From Candidatus Nomurabacteria bacterium (GTDB lineage: Bacteria; Patescibacteriota; Minisyncoccia; Phycocordibacterales; UBA9973), in assembly GCA_026395915.1 (NCBI GenBank), contig JAPLXU010000011.1:15688-79687 (forward strand): a stretch of 64,000 nucleotides of DNA. Direction: 5' to 3'. The position numbers were made by a program, and so were the translations under genes. This document shows positions 57,890 through 64,000 of this stretch, one piece after another. The notes under the pieces were generated by a model. It saw only the letters and a list, made by a program, of their open reading frames with translations, was not told where the DNA came from and searched no databases. Positions within the stretch are counted from its first letter, which is position 1. Each line of letters starts with the position of its first letter.

Positions 57890-59665
57890 TTAAATTACAT
57901 TTCTAAATCCTCCAGCCTGGAGATCCCAGAATTTTTTATACAATCCGCTTTCTTTTTTCACAAGCTCATCATGTATTCCATCTTCAATAATTTTCCCTTT
58001 TTCAATCACAATTATTCTATCCATTTCTCGGATAGTGGAGAGTCTATGAGCGATAACAATCGTCGTCTTTCCTCTGATAAGCGTGTGAAGCGCGTCTTGG
58101 ATTAAAGATTCGGAATGTGAATCGAGAGAACTCGTCGCCTCGTCTAAAACAAGAATTGGCGCGTCTTTGAGAATGGCTCTCGCGATAGCGACACGTTGGC
58201 GTTCACCACCTGAAAGTTTTACTCCCCTTTCGCCGACATAAGTTTCATAACCATTTGGCAGAGCGTCGATAAATTCGTCGCAGTGCGCGAGATGTGCCGC
58301 AATTAAAACTTCTTCGTCAGTCGCGTCGCGTTTGCCATAACGTATATTTTCTAAAAGAGAACGATGGAAAAGCACAGGATCTTGAGGCACAAAAGAAATT
58401 TTTTCTCGTAGATTTTTTTGAGAAACTTTAGAAATATCAATTCCATCAATCATGATTTTTCCTGAATTGAGATTGAACAATCTGAGAAGCAAACGAACAA
58501 AAGTGGTTTTCCCAGCTCCAGAAGAGCCGACAATCGCTATTTTTTGTCCAGCTGGAATTGTCAGAGAAAAATCATCCAGCACTTTTGAAGTATTATTTTC
58601 ATAAACATATTGCACGTTTTCAAACATAACTTCCCCTTTTATTTTATCCATCTCTTGCGCAGGATCATCTACAATTTCATACGGAGTGCTCAAGATGACA
58701 GCCATTTCTTCAGCGTCGGCAAAACTTTCATAGTAAGCGCGGACAATGCCACCAAAGCTCCACAGATTTTCAATCAAACGAATCAGATAATTTTGCAGGA
58801 GGACAATAACCGGCAAAGTTATCAAACCGAGTTTCCAATCGCCAATAACAACCCAGAAAATAATAAATTCGATAGCGAGCGAATAAAAACTTTCTATTGA
58901 ACCGAGTCCTTCCCAAAGATACCAATTAAAAACCATTTTCTTTTCTTGTTCTCGTATAACTCCACCGACGCGTTCTCTTTCATAATTCTGGCCAGTAAAT
59001 AATTGAATTGAAGAATGATTGCCGATTGAATCAGACAGGGCGCCTGTGGTTTTTGAATCAGCCTCGGCAACAATAACATCATATTTCAACTTGAGGCGGA
59101 TATATATAAAAGCTGTTAATAAAAACACTACACAAAAAACCGTCAGAATATAAGAATATTTCGGAGACAAACTATAAATCGCAATAACAGTGCCGACGCT
59201 ACGAACAATAAGAGGCAGACCATCAGCCATCATCCTGTCAGTGATTTTTTCAAACGCTCTTGCGTATCTGTTTATTCTCTGAGCTAGTGAACCGCTAAAA
59301 TTATTCACAAAAAATGAATGTGAATGCTCAATCATATATGAGAAGGCTTGCTTACGAAGACCAGCAATAGTTTCCGCTTCAAAGTACGCTAGAGAAAATC
59401 CTGAAATTCTGCGAAGTATCCAACGGAAAAAGTTTAAAAACAAAACGAGAAGAATGATGGATTGAGCCACTTTCACAACCGTAAAGTCGTTTGCAGTTAA
59501 AACATTCCAGAGTCTTAAATATTGAAGCGGAATAAAAACATCAAGCGCCGAACTAGCCACAGTTAGAATCACCACTGAAAAAAGAGAGACCTTGAATTGT
59601 CTCATTATCTGCCAGAAATATTTAAGCACCAAACCACGGTGCAAATTTGAATAATCTTTTTCCAT
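57890..59665 (-). CDS. ABC transporter, fused permease/ATP-binding (MsbA-like exporter)
   Basis: Start at internal MEKDYSNL. Six TM plus NBD (GSSGAGKTT, LSGGERQR, LVLDEATSSLD). Confidence 0.85.
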   Translation of the reverse strand: MEKDYSNLHRGLVLKYFWQIMRQFKVSLFSVVILTVASSALDVFIPLQYLRLWNVLTANDFTVVKVAQSIILLVLFLNFFRWILRRISGFSLAYFEAETIAGLRKQAFSYMIEHSHSFFVNNFSGSLAQRINRYARAFEKITDRMMADGLPLIVRSVGTVIAIYSLSPKYSYILTVFCVVFLLTAFIYIRLKLKYDVIVAEADSKTTGALSDSIGNHSSIQLFTGQNYERERVGGVIREQEKKMVFNWYLWEGLGSIESFYSLAIEFIIFWVVIGDWKLGLITLPVIVLLQNYLIRLIENLWSFGGIVRAYYESFADAEEMAVILSTPYEIVDDPAQEMDKIKGEVMFENVQYVYENNTSKVLDDFSLTIPAGQKIAIVGSSGAGKTTFVRLLLRLFNLNSGKIMIDGIDISKVSQKNLREKISFVPQDPVLFHRSLLENIRYGKRDATDEEVLIAAHLAHCDEFIDALPNGYETYVGERGVKLSGGERQRVAIARAILKDAPILVLDEATSSLDSHSESLIQDALHTLIRGKTTIVIAHRLSTIREMDRIIVIEKGKIIEDGIHDELVKKESGLYKKFWDLQAGGFRNVI

Positions 59666-59732
59666 ATAAGGACAGTCCTTAAGAGAGTTTCCCCAAGGAC
59701 TGTCCTTAATTCTAGCAGAAAAAACCTTTATT

Positions 59733-61412
59733 TCAAAGCTCTTCCTGAGACGGAGCAATAATCCCGCCACGCCAGAATTTGGTTTTGAGAGCTTTTGTAA
59801 CATCTTTCAACTCTTCATTTTTCAAAAGATATAGCACCAAAATAGCTGTCGCAATGCCGAGAATCCCGGAAATAAACCCTTGGAAAAACACTCCGAGAAA
59901 AGTAGTTGTGCCAAAAATCGGCGAGAAAATATTCAAACTGATGTAGGTGACAATACCCAAAAAAAATGACGCACCCAGACTTTGGAAAAAAGTCTTCATT
60001 ATGAAAGGTTCTTTTGGCATAAAATCTCTTTTCACAAAAATCCAATGTAAAATAAAATTTAAAACGGTGCCGACAGAATAAGCGAGCGGAAGCATCAACA
60101 CTTCCGTGCCAGAAATGCCGTTCACCTTGAGCAAGGACTCTATGAAAAAACGAAAGACTAAAACATTTTCAAAAAGATGGATAAAAACATAAGACAAAAT
60201 TATAATCAGAATAGAGCAGGAAAAATTGACTATGAGGGGACGTTTGGTGTTGCCGTTCGCATAATACGACCTCGACAAAAGAGCAATCATTCCTTGCGCA
60301 AGAACGGAAACGGAAAAGATCGCAAGTGATGCCGCCACTAGACGAGTATTGTCCCAGGAAAAAGATCCGGAACCGAGTATCACTCGCACAATCTGCGCGC
60401 GAAGCACGATAAAAAGAAAAGTAACCGGCAAAGACCAGAAAATTATCGCCCGAGCGGCGGATCGGAGATGATTTTTAAATTCGTCCATTTTTCCAAAAGA
60501 AATGGACTTCGCCAAGGTTGGAAAAGCGGCAACTGCGTAAGAAATGCCGATAATGTTGAGAGGTACTGATTGAAGATTAAAAGCAAAATTAAATACCGAG
60601 ATGGAACCGCTCTTTAAAAATGAAGCGAAAGCGATGATAGAAATGAGGGCAATATTGTTAAAAGCAAGACCCAAAGTTCTCGGAAGTGACGTGAAGGCAA
60701 CTCTTTTGATATCTTCAAAATTGATAGCGAAAGAAAATCTTGGAGTAAACCCACAGGACTTCGCTGAAATAGCTTGAATAAGAAAATGCATGAATGCGCC
60801 TAAGGCGACGCCGAGAGCTAGCCCATAAATTCCAAAAATCGGGTAGAAAAATACGACGCCGACAATGATGCCTAAATTATAAAAAATCGGACTTAAGGCG
60901 TAAATAAAAAATCGACGAAAAAGTTGAGTGACCGTACCAAAAAGATTTGAAAGTCCCATCAAGATCGGAGAAAGCAACATTATACGAGAAAGTGTTACTA
61001 GTCTCGCTTGGAAAAGTGGAGCAAAACCTGGAGCTATAAAAGGTACAAGAAGAGGGAGAAGAAAAAAAGCTATGAGAGAAATAAAAACTATCACCGCAAA
61101 AAAGACAGTGAAAACATCATTCAAATATTTTCGCGCTTCGTCCGTCACTTTGTCTCCATCCATTTTTTTTGTAATGAACGGAATTAGCACAGTAATGGAA
61201 GCAAGAGAAGCAATGCAAATAAAAATGAGATCAGGCACTCGGAAAGCTGCGTAATAGGCATCTAGAGACGGCGAAGGCCCGATGAAGTGAGCTATTGAGC
61301 GATCGCGAAAGAGAGCCAAGACTTGCGAAAGCAAAGTGAAAAAACCCAATAAAAGCGCCGCTTGATTGATATTTACAGATTCTTTACTGAAAAGTCTAAA
61401 AATTTTCTCCAT
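59733..61412 (-). CDS. murJ: Lipid II flippase MurJ (MviN)
   Basis: 559 aa, 14 TM, MurJ-like N-terminal region (AALLLGFFTLLSQVLALFRDR). Confidence 0.8.
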   Translation of the reverse strand: MEKIFRLFSKESVNINQAALLLGFFTLLSQVLALFRDRSIAHFIGPSPSLDAYYAAFRVPDLIFICIASLASITVLIPFITKKMDGDKVTDEARKYLNDVFTVFFAVIVFISLIAFFLLPLLVPFIAPGFAPLFQARLVTLSRIMLLSPILMGLSNLFGTVTQLFRRFFIYALSPIFYNLGIIVGVVFFYPIFGIYGLALGVALGAFMHFLIQAISAKSCGFTPRFSFAINFEDIKRVAFTSLPRTLGLAFNNIALISIIAFASFLKSGSISVFNFAFNLQSVPLNIIGISYAVAAFPTLAKSISFGKMDEFKNHLRSAARAIIFWSLPVTFLFIVLRAQIVRVILGSGSFSWDNTRLVAASLAIFSVSVLAQGMIALLSRSYYANGNTKRPLIVNFSCSILIIILSYVFIHLFENVLVFRFFIESLLKVNGISGTEVLMLPLAYSVGTVLNFILHWIFVKRDFMPKEPFIMKTFFQSLGASFFLGIVTYISLNIFSPIFGTTTFLGVFFQGFISGILGIATAILVLYLLKNEELKDVTKALKTKFWRGGIIAPSQEEL

Positions 61413-61422
61413 TTATCTTTCT

Positions 61423-63543
61423 TTATGGCTTTTTTGTGGTTGTTTTTGTAGATGGTTTCGTTGTTGCAGGAGTCAAAGTTTTTAGAGAATCAACATATTT
61501 TATCAAATTTGCATCAGTTGGAGTGATAGAAAGAGCTTCCTCTCCATAACTAAGGGCGTTTGCATTGTTGCCTTCGCTTTTTGCTATTTGAGAAAGGGTG
61601 ACTAGCGCGTCAACATAATCCGGCTTGAGAGCGAGAGCGGAATTCGCGTAATCTCTCGCCTCTTTGATTTTTCCGTCTAGAAACGACGCAGTCGCCATGG
61701 AAAGTTTGAGACCCGGATTGAGCGGATTCAAATTGGAAGCGCTTTGATAAGCGACGACGGCCTCGCTATAAGCATTCTTTACCCCGAGCGAACCCACTGC
61801 TTGATAGACCGAACCGAGCAATTGAAAATTTACATAATTTGACGGATCATATCCTGTCGCCAACTGCGCGCTTTTTACAGCTTGATCAAAACTTGCTTGC
61901 AAATCTGTCTTGTCGCTATCAGACAAGGCCGAACCTTTACCCACTATAGAATTTAATTTTCCAAGATACACCTGCGAATAAGTGCGTAGATATAAATCAC
62001 TCGTGAAAAGAGAAAGGGCTTTGCTTATGGAACTTTCGGCGACTGCTTCTGTTTGCGCTGACAACGCTTTTCCAAAATATGGAACTGAAGATACTCGCTC
62101 GAAATACTTAAACGCAAGCGCGATAGAAATAATTATCAGGAAAATAAGGAAAAGCATCGAAAAGAAACTTTTTCTGTGATCACTCAAGAACGATATGGAT
62201 ACTTCTCTATCTGAATTGGAGTTAACTAAACCAACAAACACTCCTGTGAAAGCGAGAGATAACAAAAACATCACGACTCCAGTCGAATAAAAGAAAGAGG
62301 AAACGAACAAATAAAGAGATAAAATGAAAAACGCCATCATCTCCCAATTCGTTCCTTTCTTGATACTCAAAAACACCGACTTAACACCAATAATCAAAAA
62401 CAGAATAAAAAAAGTAAGCCAAGCGAGAATGTTTAGAATTCCGGCTGTGGCAGTTAAAGTTGGTAGCAATCCTGAGCCAAAATCAAAAGAAGTGTCCCAA
62501 AATTGGGTGCCATTTATAGCCTGTGGCTTGTACATTGACCACGCTTCTTTGAATCTGTTTGGGCCAACTCCAAAAATAGGATGAGCAAAAAGCACTCCTT
62601 TTGTTATAGACATAGTCGATCCAAGAGAAGGGCTGACTTCGGAATTTGATATCTGCAAATAATTTGGAATAATGCTCCCGATAGAACTCCCCGACATAAA
62701 GAACAAGAGAGAAATCATCACAACAACAAAAGGAATTACTGGGAAATGCTTTCTCCCGCCTGCATCAGCTATGCTGAAAGCATTGCGGGCAGGCTCGTCC
62801 ATTTCCCCTCCACCTTTCTCATAAGTAGTCGAGGCCTTGTAGACAAAAATGACCAAGCTGGAGATTCCGAGAATTATCCAAACCAATGGAGAATTTACTG
62901 CCGCCGCTACCAATATTCCGAGCAAAATAAATATTTGAAGCAAGATTTTTTCCACTTTGGAAATAGGAAAAAATTCAATAACCAAAAGAAACATCAGACA
63001 AGAAAATCCGGCAAAAAGGCCGAGCGCGTTCCACGAACCCAAAATATTGGAAGTCTTATCAGCTAAAATTTTCATTGATGTAGCAACTGGGAAAAATACG
63101 TGAACGCTTTGGAAAATTAGAACCAGAACCGAAGACAATATCGCCCCGAGCAGAACGATCTTCGCCCGTTTAGGTGTCTTGAAGATAATAGAAGACATCA
63201 GCATCAAAACAAAAGCGGAAAAAATAAACCAAAAAGATCCTATGTCAAACATTGTGCCGAACCATGACACTTGCGAGTTGCCAGAAAAAAGAACAGAGAG
63301 AAGTAAAACCAAAACTATGCCGAAACCGGACACTAATAGCCATGATTTCGGAAAAATTATTTTGCCGTCAAAAAATCGAGCAATTGCCCAAAAAATAATA
63401 GAGAGAGTAAGTCCTAAAACCAAGAGCAGACCTTTGGAAGTCTCAATCGGAATGTTTGTAAAAGGCAAACAGAAGAAAGGCAACAAAACAACGACCAAGA
63501 ATAATGACAAGAACGAAAGCCTCTCAAATATATTTTTTTGCAT
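61423..63543 (-). CDS. O-antigen ligase (Wzy_C)-like polytopic membrane protein with C-terminal TPR repeats
   Basis: 706 aa. At least 10 TM, a GVGPNRF loop and C-terminal TPR-like repeats. Carries copy 4 of the palindromic element (PARNAFSIADAGG). Confidence 0.55.
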   Translation of the reverse strand: MQKNIFERLSFLSLFLVVVLLPFFCLPFTNIPIETSKGLLLVLGLTLSIIFWAIARFFDGKIIFPKSWLLVSGFGIVLVLLLSVLFSGNSQVSWFGTMFDIGSFWFIFSAFVLMLMSSIIFKTPKRAKIVLLGAILSSVLVLIFQSVHVFFPVATSMKILADKTSNILGSWNALGLFAGFSCLMFLLVIEFFPISKVEKILLQIFILLGILVAAAVNSPLVWIILGISSLVIFVYKASTTYEKGGGEMDEPARNAFSIADAGGRKHFPVIPFVVVMISLLFFMSGSSIGSIIPNYLQISNSEVSPSLGSTMSITKGVLFAHPIFGVGPNRFKEAWSMYKPQAINGTQFWDTSFDFGSGLLPTLTATAGILNILAWLTFFILFLIIGVKSVFLSIKKGTNWEMMAFFILSLYLFVSSFFYSTGVVMFLLSLAFTGVFVGLVNSNSDREVSISFLSDHRKSFFSMLFLIFLIIISIALAFKYFERVSSVPYFGKALSAQTEAVAESSISKALSLFTSDLYLRTYSQVYLGKLNSIVGKGSALSDSDKTDLQASFDQAVKSAQLATGYDPSNYVNFQLLGSVYQAVGSLGVKNAYSEAVVAYQSASNLNPLNPGLKLSMATASFLDGKIKEARDYANSALALKPDYVDALVTLSQIAKSEGNNANALSYGEEALSITPTDANLIKYVDSLKTLTPATTKPSTKTTTKKP
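62756..62793. repeat. In-frame palindromic element, copy 4 (1 nt different from copy 1)
   Basis: ccgcctgcatcagctatgctgaaagcattgcgggcagg. Confidence 0.85.
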
Positions 63544-63582
63544 AAGCCCAATTATATTATATTTTAACTAATAAAAAAAACT

Positions 63583-63786
63583 TCATTTTGCGTTCAATTC
63601 CAATAATTTTTTTTCTTCTTCATCTAATAATTTATGCTTCTTTAAAAAATCTAATATGGGCTTTCCACATTTTGAACAAAAATCATTAAAAATAACATAA
63701 CCGACACCAGCTTTTACAGGCTTATCCTTTAACTTCTTCCCACAAATATCGCACTTTGTAAGATTCATATGTTTACATTGTATCAA
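63583..63786 (-). CDS. Small zinc-ribbon-like hypothetical protein
   Basis: 67 aa with CxxC...CxxC. Confidence 0.35.
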   Translation of the reverse strand: MIQCKHMNLTKCDICGKKLKDKPVKAGVGYVIFNDFCSKCGKPILDFLKKHKLLDEEEKKLLELNAK

Positions 63787-64000
63787 GTGTTATTTTTTAT
63801 GCAAATTTATTCCCCTCTTGAGGGGTGGATTTTGTAATCAAAAGACGGGGTGGATTGCATTTTTTCCTCACTTTTTTAGCTTGACATTGGTTTTGGGTTT
63901 GCTATACTTCCAGTACAAGTGCCTTCGGGCTCGCCCTTCGAAAGAAGGGAGACAAGTCAAAAAACACATTAGAAAAAACTTCTGATGTGTTTTTGTATTC

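Noticed and set aside
1-64000. CRISPR array or cas genes
   Set aside because: No regularly spaced direct repeats were seen. The Cas2-like resemblance of the 4094-4663 protein's C-terminus is only fold-level, and no array or other cas genes are present.
1-64000. rRNA genes
   Set aside because: No stretch with 16S/23S/5S hallmark sequences or rRNA-like composition was recognised.

Overview
This is an AT-rich, compact bacterial window with short intergenic spacers and many small hypothetical genes, which looks like a reduced Patescibacteria/CPR-like genome (inference from composition and gene content only).

The core genes I can support are listed below.
- **Division and cell-wall cluster:** mraZ-rsmH-ftsL-ftsI-murF, with ftsA and ftsZ separated from each other by an inserted segment, plus murJ, an FtsB-like gene and an O-antigen-ligase-like protein with TPR repeats.
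- **Translation:** rplY, rpsU, gatB, lysS, valS, lepA, obg, tsaD, ybeY and greA.
- **Central metabolism:** class I fructose-bisphosphate aldolase, enolase, PEP synthase, glycerate kinase, a 2-hydroxyacid dehydrogenase, glutamate dehydrogenase, trxB and an unusually GC-rich pyrF.
- **tRNAs:** seven, namely Glu-CTC, Ser-CGA, Glu-TTC, Val-GAC, Phe-GAA, Arg-CCT and Gly-CCC.
- **Mobile DNA:** an IS30-family transposase pseudogene carrying a TGG>TAG nonsense change, and an IS200-like Y1 transposase (RAYT) whose REP hairpins bracket the 1.45-kb insert between ftsA and ftsZ.

The most unusual signal is a set of short palindromic elements sitting in-frame inside essential genes.
- A 35-38 nt element encoding PARNA(S/F/T)...AGG occurs in murF, valS, lepA and the TPR membrane protein. 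It has the same orientation and reading frame in all four copies, and two copies are identical.
- A perfect 48-nt palindrome sits in gatB.
- A GC-rich multi-hairpin insert of about 67 nt sits in tsaD.
- A REP copy lies inside the RAYT gene itself.

Other points worth a second look:
- a DUF4430 (transcobalamin beta-domain-like) gene next to a large Ig-like surface protein with a terpenoid-cyclase-like alpha-alpha toroid, a possible split transcobalamin-like ligand-capture module;
- a DUF559 endonuclease gene bounded by G-rich hairpin arrays and 23-nt direct repeats;
- an ACATATGT operator-like motif flanking a wHTH/PaaX-like regulator;
- a run of repeated CCTGAAAGGG-loop hairpins in a leader region.

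No rRNA genes and no CRISPR array were seen.
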